Source: Octopus sinensis
Taxonomy: Eukaryota
Direction: 5' to 3'
DNA: 64,000 bases
Assembly (NCBI RefSeq): GCF_006345805.1
Contig: NC_042999.1
Span: 5,828,001-5,892,000, forward strand
How positions within the stretch are numbered: the stretch's first letter is position 1; every line of letters begins with the position of its first letter. Shown here one piece after another: positions 12,030 through 25,069 of this stretch. Made by a program: the position numbers and the translations under genes. A model generated the notes under the pieces. It had not been told where the DNA came from and did not search any database. It saw only the letters and a program-made list of their open reading frames with translations.

Positions 12030-13250
12030 AGTGACAAGAAACATTTGCTCTGTCTACTGGAATGAAACTTTGGCTATATACCAACAATGGTTTGGTCATT
12101 TTCACTCGGGGAAATATTTCTCTTGCAGATTCCACTCAATCTGGACGACCAAGTTCCGTCAATATTGAACTTCGGTAAACTTTAGTTGAAGAAAATTCAT
12201 AGCAAACTACATAAGAATTACTAAGACAGTTCAATTCATGTCACACTTTGATTGTGAAATATTTTCATGAAATATGGAGCAACTAAACTTGGTCAGTGGG
12301 TCCCTCATTATCTCACTGCTTCTCATTTTAATCAAAGAGGTGCCCTCTGCTCCTCATTAAAGAATATACTTGTTACCAAACCTTACCTGGATAAGATTTT
12401 CACAAGTTATGAAAAGCGGGGTCTCGGGAAATATACCCATCGAAAACAACATGGGTTAGCACCCAATTAAAAAGGAGAATCCATTTCCAAACAAGGATTA
12501 CAGCTCGAAAATGTTGCGCTTTCAGTTTGGTGGGATATGAAGGCTGTTGTCTTGTTGAACCAAAACAAAACAGTTGATGCAGGGAAGTATTTGGTGTCCG
12601 TTGGAATCATTACAGAAAAACATCCATTATTGGTCAGTTGTAAAGAGGTGTTGCTCTTATACGATAATGTAAGATCACATATTGTCCAAGTCACTCAAGA
12701 AACGATTATAGAACTAAATACGGAAGGTTTGTCTCATCCTTCTTGCTCTCCTGGCTTTGTTCACCCTTACCAACATCTTTTCGGATCATAGTAATCTAGA
12801 GGGAAAATCATCATCATCATCATCATCATCGTTTAACGTCTGCTTTCCATGCTAGCATGGTTTGGATGGTTCGACCGGGGTCTGGGAAGCCAGGAGGCTG
12901 CGCCAGGCTCCAGTCTGATCTGGCAGTTTCTACAGCTGGATGCCCTTCCTAATGCCAACCACTCCGAGTGCTTTCAAGCCAGAAGAATTTTGCGCTCAAA
13001 GAATCAAGAAACGACTATAGAACTAAATATGGATGGTTTGTTTCATCTTCCTTACTCTCTTGGCCTTGCTCACCCTTACCAACATCTTTTCGGATCATAG
13101 CAATGTTATTTAGAGGGAAAACAGTTTATTAATTGTGAAGAGGTTAAAAACGATAATGAGTGTTTCTTTGCTTTCAAACCAGAAGAATTTTAAACTCACA
13201 ACACTATATTCTATAATGTATTTGCAATGCCAAAACTGGTGACCAACATT
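12030..13250 (+). pseudogene. Decayed mariner transposase, interrupted by family E (12808-12968), with an about 110-bp local duplication
   Basis: Motif remnants SGRPS, KLGQWVPHYL (WVPHEL), LSVWWDM, LLLYDNVRSH (LLHDNARPH), HPSCSPG and HLPYSLGLA (YSPDLAP); many stops and frameshifts. Confidence 0.8.
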
Positions 13251-13799
13251 TAAGACACTAGACTTGTTTAGGGAAGAAATATGCTTCATCTTTTGTTGAC
13301 CACTGGAAGACTGGTGGAAAAAAGGAGAGAAAGAGTAAGGGAGTCGGCCTCTCTAGCCTGACAAGTAGATAGGGTGAATGTTGTACTGTTGTGTGATGAC
13401 AATCCATAAGTGAAGAGAAAAATTAGATGGTTCAGCTCTATGGTTCAGTGCAAATGACCAAAGACAAAGAACCGATTTGGGGTTCCATATCTGCATTTTT
13501 CTGACTAAATTAGGCCAGGCTAAACAAAGACTTTTCCATCTCTTATCTGCCTAAACTCCATTTAATCTAATAATGCTAGCTTAAACAATAGAACTTATCG
13601 CAGTAGTTTACTGGTTGACTCTCTGGAATTATGTGCAAAAGCTGAGCACAAAAGGAAAGGAATTGGTAGAAAAATACAGACTTGGTTTCGAATCTTGGCT
13701 TAGAATCAAGGGAACTTTTCATTACGGATGTGTTAATGCTCACATTAGTGACGCCCATTATGTTTAGTGTTTATTACTCTTTTGCTCTCTTTTTGTGAA

Positions 13800-14110
13800 G
13801 TGCATGGCTCAGTGGTTAGAGTGTCGAGCTTATGATTGTGAGGTTGTGAGTTCGAATCCTGGACCGGGCTGTGTGTTGTGTTCTTGAGCAAGACACTTTA
13901 TTTCACATTGTCAAATGCGTTGCGACGTCACAGGTGCCAAGCTGTATCGGCCCCTTTGCCTTTCCCTTGGACAACATCAGTGGTGTGGAGAGGGGAGGCT
14001 GGTATGCATGGGCAACTGCTGGCCTTCCATAAACAACCATGCCCAGACTTGTGCCCGGGAGGATAACTTTCTAGGTGCAATCCCATGGTCAGTCATGACT
14101 GAAGGGGGTC
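13800..14110 (+). mobile_element. Family C-headed SINE with a different 3' region
   Basis: TGGCTCAGTGG..GAGTTCGAATCC head and TTCTTGAGCAAGACACTTTATTTCAC core. Confidence 0.7.
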
Positions 14111-14117
14111 TCAATAC

Positions 14118-14787
14118 TCTCTTTTACTTGTTTTAGTCATTTGACTGCAGCCATGCTGGAGCACTGCCTTTAGTTGAGCGAATCGACCCCAGGACTTATT
14201 CTTTGTAAGCCTAGTACTTATTCTATCCGTCTCTTTTGCTGAACCGCTAAGTTATGGGGACATGAACACGCCAGCATCAGTTATCAAGTGATGTTGGGGG
14301 GACACAAACAAAAAACCATATACACACACACACACAGACACAGACACACACATACACACACACATATATATATATATATCTAATGTAGGATAAAATTTTT
14401 TTCGAAAAATAATTTTATCAATGGCCAGCATATTAAAAAATACCTTTAAAGGTTAAATTATAAACAACTTATAAATAAGGGCAAACGAAAAAATTTTTAA
14501 TGCCAAATATACCGAAAATTGTACATATTGTCCATTTACCATATAATTTTTTTCCCAGTATGCGTGCATATTTGGCATTAGAAATTTTTTCATTTGCCCT
14601 TATTTATAAGTTGTATATATATATACATATATACGACAGGCTTCTTTCAGTTTCTGTCTACCAAATCCACTCAGAAGGCTTTGGTCAGCTCGAGGCTATA
14701 GTAGAAGGTACTTGCCCAAGGTGCCATGCAGTGGGACTGAACCTAGAACCATGTGGTTGGTAAGCAAGCTACTTACCACGCAGCCAA
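14118..14787 (-). mobile_element. Family A SINE with extra sequence, including a MITE, in the central microsatellite
   Basis: 3' half at 14118-14310 and 5' half at 14625-14787. Confidence 0.8.
14465..14613. mobile_element. Small MITE with about 45-bp TIRs
   Basis: CAACTTATAAATAAGGGCAAACGAAAAAATTTTTAATGCCAAATAT / ATATTTGGCATTAGAAATTTTTTCATTTGCCCTTATTTATAAGTTG. Confidence 0.7.
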
Positions 14788-14834
14788 TAAAAAACATTAA
14801 ACATAATTTTTTCTAAATTATGTAAAAGATCAGC

Positions 14835-15068
14835 ACGTAAAATGCACCAATCCGACCGTGGCCGTTGCCAGCCTCACCTGGCACCTGTGTGGGTGGCATG
14901 TAAAAATCACCCACTACACTCGCGGAGTGGTTGGCGTTAGGAAGGGCATCCAGCTGTAGAAACATTGCTAGATAAGACTGGAGCCTGGTGCAGCCTTCTG
15001 GCTTCCCAGATCCACGGTCGAACCGTCCAACCCATGGAGAGCGGACGTTAAACGATGATGATGATGAT
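14835..15068 (+). mobile_element. Family E repeat
   Basis: Core and (GAT)n tail. Confidence 0.85.
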
Positions 15069-15682
15069 CAGCAATTATTAGCGAGGATGGATTTAGTCAG
15101 TTCCATAAACCCCGAGGACTTGAGAGCAACTTATCAATCCGGAAAGGATGAAAAGCTGATTTTTTTTCCTGACGCTCAAAAAAGTTCTGCCATCTTGCCA
15201 TCTCATAAATTCTAAACTTAATATCCACCAATTTTAACCCAAATTTTAAAAGTGTGTCAGAATCAGATGTAACAACAATTTTATGGTAATTCGATCAGAT
15301 TTACTTAATATTATTCTGATAATCATCAACCAACGAACGTATATCCGTCTTGCAAACTCTATCTTTGTACGCTCTTCTCGACAACAGCAGGACCACAATT
15401 GGTCTTTGTTTCAATGGTAATGAATAACAGTACGCATACTTCACTCTCTCTCCCAACCCTCTCTCTATGTCGATACTCTCTCTCTCCCCCTCTCTCTGTG
15501 CAATCATATACTCGCTATATGCCAATATATTAACGACGTATGTCAGCATATTGACACAACTGACCGACTTTCATTGGAGAGATTTAATATGAACTTGTAT
15601 GCAAGTATGTGTGCGTGTGCTAGTGTGTATGTATGAACGGATGGGCGAATATATGTATGTATGTATGCATATATGTGTATGG

Positions 15683-15938
15683 GGAGAGTTTACGAAAAAA
15701 AACAAAAGACGAAGACAGGTGGTGTACAAAACAAACAGATGTATTAGTATAATGCTCAGGAATAGAAAAGGTCTTTTACATTTCGAGCCTACGCTCTTCT
15801 ACAGAAAGGGACACAGAAAAAACAAGGAGAGAAAAAAAACAAGGAGAGAAAAAAAACAAGGAGAGAAAAAAAACAAGGAGAGAAAAAAAACAAGGAGAGA
15901 AAAAATGTGTGTAGTGGCTAACGATCTATCATGGCGAC
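15683..15938 (-). mobile_element. Family G Penelope-derived-like repeat with a variant minimal hammerhead (15772-15808)
   Basis: Homologous to 43220-43450 and 45830-46030; minus strand CCTTT-CTGTAGA-AGAGCGTAGGCTC-GAAA-TGTA-AAAG; internal CAAGGAGAGAAAAAAA tandem. Confidence 0.6.
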
Positions 15939-16225
15939 TGATATGTGTATGTATGGATATGCGTGTGTGTGTGTGTGAGTGTCTGTGTATATATGTGCAT
16001 GTGTGTGTGTGTGTGTGTGTGTGTGATTATTTAGAACAAACAGTAAAAGGTTGTCATTATAGTACTCAGAGTTTCAAATGTTGGAGTGAAGAGCTATGAT
16101 ACATTCTCACCGGCTATTAATGGCAACAGACGCTATGGAAAACCATTGAATATTATATAAATAAGCCTCTATTTATCTAATATCAAGGCCTCATTCTTTT
16201 GTTGTTATTATGATTATTATTATTA

Positions 16226-17726
16226 TCTTAATATATAAAATCTGTTCTGTCTGTTTGTGTGTTCATAACTAGAGTATTGTTCATCCGATCGCACTGAAAT
16301 TTTAAACATGGATACATGAGAGAGCAGGGCATTCCATAATCTAAAAAGATTTTGAAAATCATTAGTTTCAAAGTGAGAATTGCTATTTTTGTAATCTTTA
16401 ATGTCCTGTTTGTTCTGCTTTTAAAACAACCAGTTGCTCACAGAGCCGGCACATACCATTTTGCTAGGAGAGTACAGGATGACAGCCAGCCAAAACCATC
16501 ACTATGCTTGTCACATTAAGACAGTAGGGTATTTTGAGGGAGATTTCACCTCGTTCTCTCTCACATATACACACACGCATGTCCATTTCATATAGACATA
16601 CATACATCTTTCACTTTCTTTCTGTTCTTTTCGCTTTCTCTTCTTTCAATTTCTGCTTTCTTCAAATAAAATTTTTACGGATACAACTGCTTACAAAAAT
16701 AGAGATTAATGTTTAATTTCTTTCTATGTTCATAATTTTTTATTTACAATATTGGGGAAAATATGCCACCAAAGAAAAGACGTAATCTCTCCAGAAACAA
16801 GTATAAAGCAAGGAGGATTGAAGAAAACCAAAGGCGAGAATCTGAAGAGAGAAGCGAGATGAGATTTTCTCAACATCAGCAAATGCATGTTGCAGCACTT
16901 AATGCAGGATCATTAAATCAATGTTTTAATGATTAGACAGAGGTCCAATAGAATAGCTCTCAGAAACAGACTGCGTACAAATTCGTTCTTCACAACTCCT
17001 GAAGCTGTTTTCAGATATGATCCATCTAATTCTTATAAAAATAATAACTCTGTCCAAATTGGTGTGCTAAACACAGATTGTCTTTTCTGTAGTGCTTTAA
17101 GACTTTCAAATGAAACAAATGGTATGTGCTGCTCAGGTGGTCAGGGTAACATTGCCAGCACTACCAGCTCCTTCTCAACCTCTTATGGATCTTCTAGAAG
17201 GCATTTCCATCCAGTCAAAGAATTTTCTGAACAATATCAGACAATACAACTCTGCAAATGACATCGTTTGATGCATCTAAGAAGATAGACAAACATGAAT
17301 TAACGACGATGTCAAAGTTCAAGGGCAATTCTATCACCTCATTTGTTCCCTGTTACCCACAAATGAACAACCACAGTTCCTCCAAATTTACTTCATGAGT
17401 GATGTAGGACAACAAACCCGGAGGCGGTGTCAAAATTTCAGATGATGGGTTGTGTTAGACACAGCGCCGACTGCTGCAAAAGAGAGTATATCCACTGACA
17501 GCTTCTCAGTGCATTCCAAAATCACATAAGCCCAACAGGTTAGGGCCTGAAATTCGCCAAACGGATGCATAGCATGTTGCTTAGAGGAATTAGCCCTTCA
17601 TTTACTCCACAAATGTCTTGTTGTCAATGCTGCACTTTCCCGTATCACCTGTTTCAACATAACTGTAATATATTATATACAAACTATGCTATTTTAATCC
17701 CGAGCAACGCCGGGTGTCTCTGCTAG
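16226..17726 (+). mobile_element. Internally deleted Helitron with a RepHel N-terminal pseudogene fragment
   Basis: A|TCTTAATATATAAAATC start; subterminal hairpin CCCGAGCAACGCCGGG and CTAG|T end. Translations MPPKKRRNLSRNK.., FRYDPSNSY..IGVLNTDCLFCSALRLSNETNGMCCSG, NFLNNIRQYNS and KVQGQFYHLICSLLP..QFLQIYF are typical of Helitron proteins. Confidence 0.85.
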
Positions 17727-17989
17727 TTATTTTATAGATATATATTAACCAGTGAGCAATGATTGTAGCATTAGCAGCCCAATCTTAACATACATAGTAC
17801 TATGATCTGGGATAACAATGTAACAAACCTTCCCTCAGTATAATCTGAACAGATGGAATTTTTTGATTGCCACGTAACAAGAAAAAATGCAAATGGAAGA
17901 ATTTTATAAAATTGTATGGCATTTCTGTGTCACAGGAATAATCTAAATAATCTATGAAAGGATAATGACACACAATAATATATCACTGT

Positions 17990-18532
17990 TTCCTGTGTCG
18001 GTGGCACATAGGGCCTCACAGAGGAAATGACAAAGACCGAGACCTCAGAGATATGCTGTGAGTGTGAAGACCCGACAAATGAAGTGAGTTCATGGCTTGC
18101 AGGACGGCCTGCTGTGCTAACCTTGGATCATAGAGTGACCTGTTTTGCTTGAGTCAAGTATGTCAACATCAACATCAAAATAAAAATCAAATGGAAATTG
18201 TAGTTAAGATACCTGTGCCGGTAACGTGTAAAAAGCACCATCCAAACATGGCAGATGCCAGCGCCATCTGACTGGCGTCCATGTCGGTGACACGTAAAAG
18301 CACCAACCGATCGTGGCCATTTGCCAGGCCCCTCTGGCCCCTGTGCCAGTGGCACGTAAAAAACACCCACTACACTCACAGAGTGGTTGGCGTTAGGAAG
18401 GGCATCCAGCTGTAGAAACACTGCCAGATCAGACTGGAGCCTGGTGCAGCCCCCATGGCTTCCCAGACCCCGGTCGAACCGTCCAACCCATGCTAGCATG
18501 GAGAACAGACGTTAAACGATGATGATGATGAT
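17990..18532 (+). mobile_element. RTE ORF-end remnant continuing into family E
   Basis: GGGCCTCACAGAGGAAATGAC..GAAGACCCGACAAATGAAGTGA followed by E units, core and tail. Confidence 0.75.
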
Positions 18533-19010
18533 GTTTAGAATATATAGAATTGGATAAAATTTTCCCTCGCCTCAAGTAAAACAGAACATATCAGAAGTTT
18601 TCTCAACTGAAAAAGGAAATTTTTTAAACTAAAGACACAGCTAAAATAGAAGCAGAAATTGTCAAACATATTCTCTGATTCTACATTTGTACCTTAGTAG
18701 ATGGGTCAAAGAAATACAGGAATCACAATGAGAAATACAGGAATCACAATGAGAAACACTGGACACGATGTGGATTCGTGATTAGCCGTCACTTTTGTAT
18801 TGCAGTATGAGTTAATGAAAGGTGACCTGTGGCCAGGGGTAATCACAATGGACTTTCAAGTCGTAATGACCTTTCAGCGCTTACAGAATCATACCAGGAA
18901 GCACCAATACACAGGACATGAGATTGATGATACCGGGTAGGAAGGTTAGTTGTTATATTTAGTGAAGTAAAACACATCTTAGAGCTGAATGTCTGGAAGA
19001 ACCGGAGAGA

Positions 19011-19013
<3 letters not shown>

Positions 19014-19043
<30 letters not shown>

Positions 19044-19260
19044 GTTTAATGTCTGTTTTCCATGCTAGCATGAGTTGGACGATTTTGACTGAGGGCTGGC
19101 GAACCAGACTCCAATCTTGATCTGGCAGAGTTTCTACAGCTGGATGCCCTACCTAACACCAACCACTCCGAGAGTGTAGTGGGTGCATTCTACATGCCAC
19201 CGGCACGGGGGCCAGTCACGTGGTACTGGCAATGACCTCGCTTGAATCTTTTTACACCGA
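19014..19260 (-). mobile_element. Family E repeat
   Basis: (CAT)n tail and reverse-complement core. Confidence 0.85.
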
Positions 19261-19904
19261 CCTCGCTTGAATCTAACAAGGAACAACGAATTCCAGTTTT
19301 CAAATCATCACCATTGTCAAGTCTGGAGGCAGTAGAGGAAATATCTTTGGGACTGGTATCACAAATAGATGAATAAGTATCTTGTCCCCTAACAATACTA
19401 ACCAGTAGTGCCATACCCTCATCGTGCAATGAGGAAGAAATAATAATTACCAACAAAATTCCAGAACTTTCAGTGAAAATACGAGGGAAAAAGGAGAGGA
19501 AAAATAGGGCACAAAAAGAAAATGACTCTCCCCAGACACAACAGAATATGCTTCAACACACGAACTCATATAAAGAATCTTGCAAAGCAAATCCAAAAAC
19601 GAAATAGAAAAACAGATTCAACATAAAAGAATGGAAATAGGTGAGGAAGGAGAATTTCATCCAAGCGACAATGAAGTCATCTTTCAAGAATATAAGGAAG
19701 AAAAGGAAGAGAACAAGGACAAAATAAGACTTACCGTTCTTTAAAAATCAAGCAAACAGTTAAAAGAGAAAACTACGCATGTCTGGTGACACACATTTTC
19801 CAAAGAAATTAGAATGATGCAAAAAAATTATGTTCAGGGTATACAGAACATGAAAAGATAGATTATGAGTAAAGTTCAAATTAAGACAATATATTCTTTT
19901 CTAC

Positions 19905-20357
19905 TCTAGGCACAAAGCCTGAAATTTTTTTGGAGGGGGCCAGTTGATTAGATTAACCCCTGTGCACACCTGGTACTTAATTTATCGACCCTGAAAGGAT
20001 GAAAGGCAAAGTTGACTTTGGTGAGATTTGAACTCAGAACATAAAGATAGACAAATTAATGCTGAGCATTTCACCTGGCATGCTCACGGTTCTGCCAGCT
20101 CACCGCCTTCTGCCACTTAAATGCTTATTTCTTTATTGCACGCAGGGAGCTAAACACAGAGGGGACAAACAAGGACAGACAAATGGATTAAGTCGATTAC
20201 ATCAACCCCGCTGCGTAACTGGTACTTATTTAATCGACCCCAAAAGGATGAAAGGTAAAGTCAACCTCAGTGGAATTTGAACTCAGAACATAACAACAGA
20301 TGAAACACCGCTGAGCATTTCACCCCATGTGCTAATATTTCTGCCAGCTCACCGTCT
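19905..20357 (-). mobile_element. Family D SINE copies (two)
   Basis: Body as at 6838-7440. Confidence 0.75.
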
Positions 20358-20939
20358 TATTAAGACAATATATTGAACTTAAAAGCAAATGTCCTCAAAG
20401 TGCTGGAGTTTTCAACATCAACAGTGTGAAAAAATACATAATGGTGCCTTCGACTGCACTCAAACACAAATTAAGTGAACCCTAAAACAGAAATCTAACA
20501 TGTTTTATTTTTTTAAATTATATCTTGTAATTATTGTGCTTTATCATACTTTTTTAAAAGAATTTATTTCAGTGCAAATATGTGTGTATGTATGTGTGTG
20601 TGTCTTTGTACATGAGTGTGTATATGTATGTATACACTCATGTATATATGTACATGTGTATATGTTTGCATATATGTGTGTGTATCTTTAAAATTCTCAA
20701 TACGCCCTTCCTATAAATATTATATAATATCTCTTACCCCCCCACCTCCATTCTAATGTGTAAACATGTTTTTTTTTAAATTTCACATTCCACTTTATCT
20801 TTAAAGCATAGATCATCATCATCATCATCTTTGTTTACAGTGTGTTACTTCCTTGAAACAACAACTGTGTGAGAGAGGGACACAGAGGAAGAGAGAAGGG
20901 AAGAAAGAGGCAGAGAGAGGGATGAAGGGGGGGTTAAAT

Positions 20940-21790
20940 AAATGGTCGGTAGGTTTGCTGTGGCAGCTTGTGCATTTGGACTGACTACCAGCATCAAGAA
21001 GAGTGAAGTCTTATTCCAGCCAAAACCTGGGGCAGGACAGGTTCGAGATTCAGAAGTGATGATTGACAACAAATCACTCAAATGGTCATGTTAGTTAAAT
21101 ATCTTGGAAATACAGAAAAACTTTATGAGTAATCTTGATGACGAAATCCATTGTCTGTGGAATGAACATGGCGTCAGTCTGAAAAGTAAAATATGAGTAT
21201 AGAAGTCTTGTATTCTGAGTACATTTTTCTGTGGGAAAGAACTGTGGACTCCCTACTGTACAGACATATAAAAAAACTTGAAACCTTTCACACGTGCTGT
21301 TGCGCAATATCTACAACATTACATGGCAAGATAAGATATTAAATGCCAAGGTCTTAGAAAAATGTGATATCTCCAGTATCCAAAGTGTGCTGATGCGAAT
21401 TTAGTACAGATGGCGAATGCCAGACAGAGGGGTCACACAGGAGAACTAAGAAGAAGGGAAGATAATAAAGTAGTGGTGATCCCAAAATGAAGGTGTGTGT
21501 GCAATTTATATGTGAGAGTGTGTGTGTGCATGCGGAAGGGGGCTGGTGACCTTGATGTGTGTGTGTGTGTGGATGATGGTGTAGATGCTAGGAAGTGTTC
21601 AGTGCTAGTGTGTGCGGGGTGGTGTGGTATGGTGGTGTTGGGGTGTAGGGGAAGCAAGGGTGGGATGGGATATATAGGGATATAGGGATACCGCAATAAA
21701 GGGAGACCCGTCCTTAGGTATAAGGGTAAGGGTAAGTTGGAGCAATCATTAAAATCTCTACAGCTTAACTTGACATCTTGGGCAAGTTAT
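20940..21790 (+). pseudogene. Decayed RTE-BovB-like LINE, RT C-terminal region
   Basis: RFAVAACAFGLTTSIKKSEVLFQPKPG, LWNEHGVSLKSKI, ITWQDKILNAKVLEKCDISSI and KGRPVLRYK, with frameshifts and an inserted TG-rich block. Confidence 0.75.
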
Positions 21791-21806
21791 TGCATATATC
21801 ACAATA

Positions 21807-22212
21807 GGCGCAGGAGTGGCTGTGTGGTAAGTAGCTTGTTTACCAACCACATGGTTCCGGGTTCAGTCCCACTGCGTGGCACCTTGGGCAAGTGTCTTCT
21901 ACTATAGCCTCGGGCCGACCAAAGCCTTGTGAGTGGATTTGGTAGACGGAAACTGAAAGAAGCCCGTCGTATATATGTATACATATGCGTGGGTGAGTTT
22001 GTGTGTCTGTGTTTGTCCCCCTAGCATTGCTTGACAACCGATGCTGGTGTGTTTATGTCCCCGTTACTTAGTGGTTCAGCAAAAGAGACCGATAGAATAA
22101 GTACTGGGCTTACAAAAGAATAAGTCCCGGGTTCGATTTGCTCGATTAAAAGGCAGTGCTCCAGCATGGCTGCAGTCAAATGACTGAAACAAGTAAAAGA
22201 GTAAAGAGTAAG
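21807..22212 (+). mobile_element. Family A SINE (full length, close to consensus)
   Basis: Complete head, core and (GAGTAAA)n tail. Confidence 0.9.
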
Positions 22213-22289
22213 ATGTGCCATGATGCATCAAAACAATCTGAGTTGAAGAAAAAAAACAATAAAATGATTATATCCTGCAATCAACAGAG

Positions 22290-23285
22290 ACATTTTCCTA
22301 ATGCCAGGCAACATCAAAATCATTAGTGTCCTCATTGCGACTCCATAGCAAAATCCATACCTGGACTCAAGTTGATACCATAGAAATGGAAAAAAAACTG
22401 GGAAATACCAGGATCTAGGTTGAGAGCTGAAGAAACTGTGGAAGATCAAGATTGGTGCATTTGGCCCAACACTCAAAATGCTACCAAAAAAAAAAAAAAA
22501 CTGAAAGAAATTGGAACTGAAACTTGTCAAACTGCAGAAAAGTACTATTCTATACAAGCACTATGACCCGGTAACGCCGGGTCATAGTACTAGTGCATGC
22601 ATATACAGCTGCGTGTGTGCACACATACACGCGAGAACTGTCCAAATCTCTGACCAATCACATACAGCTAGCAAGCTTTCAATTGGCATCTCAAGTTTCG
22701 GGCATTTTGATTGGTTTTTGGATAGAAAATTCACAAAAAAGTTACTTCTATTGATTTTTTAATGGCTTTGTGGGGTGACTGGGGAAATATAAAGATGTGC
22801 ACGACCACCTTTGGACGGTTTTGAATGACCATAGAAAGTGTGAGCCCTCTAACTGAAAAATTGTGAATTTGTATAAAGGACACACAGACATTTTGTGGTT
22901 TTTATATAGTGAGATTTGCGGGGTGACTGGGGAAATGTAAAGATGTGCAAGACCACCCTTGGACGGTTTTGAATGACCATAGAAAGTGCGAGCCCTCTAA
23001 CTGAAAAATTGTGGATTTGTATAAAGGACACACAGACACACTGACATTTTGCCGTTTATATATAGTGAGATTTGCGGGGTGACTGGGGAAATGTAAAGAT
23101 GTGCATGACCACCCTTGGATGGTTTTGAATGACCATAGAAAGTGCGAGCCCTCTAACTGAAAAATTGCGGATTTGTATAAAGGACACACAGACACACTGA
23201 CATTTTGCTGTTTATATATATATAAATTCTGCCAGAATCCCAAGAAAGAATCTTGAGATTTGAAGAGATTTGTTGTCACCAAACA
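22290..23285 (+). pseudogene. C-terminal fragment of a restriction-like-endonuclease LINE (R4/Dong-like), interrupted by Helitron F
   Basis: GKYQDLG.ELKKLWKIKIGAFGPTLKMLP..LKEIG..KLQKSTIL before the insertion and SARIPRKNLEI* after it; compare the consensus EKYQDL.EL.LW..GALG..LQK..TARILRKVL. Confidence 0.6.
22555..23225 (-). mobile_element. Non-autonomous Helitron family F with three tandem copies of an about 120-bp 5' module
   Basis: Terminal palindrome at 22555-22595; GGGGTGACTGGGGAAAT..GGACACACAGACA occurs three times. Confidence 0.8.
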
Positions 23286-23327
23286 TTAAGATGAAATATC
23301 TGCTGACTAAATTAGCATGAACTAATG

Positions 23328-23359
<32 letters not shown>

Positions 23360-23871
23360 TCTGTCACTCAATGACATATCCTTCCCCCCCCCCCCGAGTT
23401 ACATTTCTTTCTAAATATAGACAGATCCAAGACAATGTCAATTAAAACAGCAGGTTGGCCGTTAGTGTTAGTGTTTCATTAATATAGAGACAGATTTTTT
23501 GAAGCAGATCTAAACTAATAGCTGGTGAGAGAAATGGAAACAAGTTGTTGAACAGAGAACATGACTAAGAGCAGAGGAATGGTAAGCAGGTTGTGAAATG
23601 GTATTTGTAATAATAAGGAACAACAAAGCAAGCCATTCAATGGAGGAGTGGGGGAAATTCCTTTTGGAAAACAATGGAGAATGTGAAAGAAGAGAATAAC
23701 TGTTTCATTGTCCAACTAAACAAATATTGTTGATGATTCTTAATTAGGAACCGGCAGAATTAACAGACATTAAAATGGTTTTGTTTGAAGACAAAACAAT
23801 TCTCAGAATGTTCAAATATTTCTGTCAACATGGAGCTGTTAATGATTTTACAATTGAACATTCTAGAAGAC

Positions 23872-23919
<48 letters not shown>

Positions 23920-24114
23920 TTATGTATGTATTGGTCACTTTTTACAACACCTGTCTGTGTTTGGATTGTCCTTGCACAGGGGCCATCCAGAATCCTGTCT
24001 TCGCCGTGAGCCGGGATTAACTCTGTTTACTAGTCTAAAAGGATGAAAATAAATCACGGCTGTAAACAGAAGCAATACTATGACACTGTGGGAACAGAAA
24101 ATTCATCAATTCGT

Positions 24115-24417
24115 TACGAAGGGCATCCAGCTGTAGAAACGCTGCCAGATCAGGTTGGAGCCTGGTGCAGCCTCCTGGCTTCCCAGACCCTGGTCAAACT
24201 GTCAAACCCATGTTAAACGATGATGATGATGATATATATATATATATACGTACCACTCACTACACTCTTGAAGTGGTTGGTGTTAGGAAGGGCATCCAGC
24301 TGTAGAAACACTGCCGGATCAGACTGGAGCATGATGCAGCCGCCTGGCTTCCCGGACCCCTGTCGAACCGTCCAACCCATGCTAGCATGGAAAACGGACG
24401 TGAAACGATGATGATGA
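24115..24417 (+). mobile_element. Two adjacent truncated family E copies
   Basis: Core GAAGGGCATCCAGCTGTAGAAAC and (GAT)n tail, twice. Confidence 0.8.
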
Positions 24418-24888
24418 TTTACAAGTGCTTGACCAGTTATATTGCAGAAGGATGGTCCTGAGAACTTCTCTAATCTTTTTAATAGCTAAACCTTGCTCAA
24501 TAAAAGTTTTGTGTGGAAAATAAGTGAGTTCAGTGCAACTGTGCTTCTCCATTGTGTTTGTCATAGTGACATGAACCAAGCTTTTGAAAGTAAAATATCT
24601 TTGCTATGACACAACACAGTTCACTGATCTGATACACACCACCACTACCACTTCAGCCCCTCACAACTACTAATGCATAACACTGTTACTTCAGTTACTC
24701 TTCTTGTACAATATCAACTTACTAAAATATCTCTGAGTCATAGTTTAAATTTTAGCTTGATTACTCAATAAGCCATTGTCTTCAAGGTGGTACTGTAAAA
24801 AAAACTGAGTCATCCAGAAATCTATCGAGTACTAATCAGCTTGGCAAGGACCGTCCTTCTGCAATATAACTGGTCAAGCACTTGTAAA
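24418..24888. mobile_element. MITE-like element with about 43-bp inverted ends
   Basis: TTTACAAGTGCTTGACCAGTTATATTGCAGAAGGATGGTCCT / AGGACCGTCCTTCTGCAATATAACTGGTCAAGCACTTGTAAA. Confidence 0.65.
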
Positions 24889-25069
24889 AATTGATGAATT
24901 TTCTGTCCCCACAGTGTTACAGTATTGCTTCTGTTTACAGCCGTGATTTATTTCCATCCTTTTAGACTAGTAAACAGAGTTAAGTACCTCACGACAATCG
25001 AGGTACCATACCGAACTTGGATTCTTCAAGAAAGAACATCAAGGCTTCTGATGATGTCTTGCAATAAGG

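Noticed and set aside
13575-13770. Open frames IAVVYWLTLWNYVQKLSTKG.. and LNNRTYRSSLLVDSLELCAK..
   Set aside because: No convincing splice sites, several frames open at once, no recognisable domain.
23975-25010. Micro-exon candidates at about 23981-24006 and 24967-25003
   Set aside because: Too short to distinguish from chance splice-like motifs.
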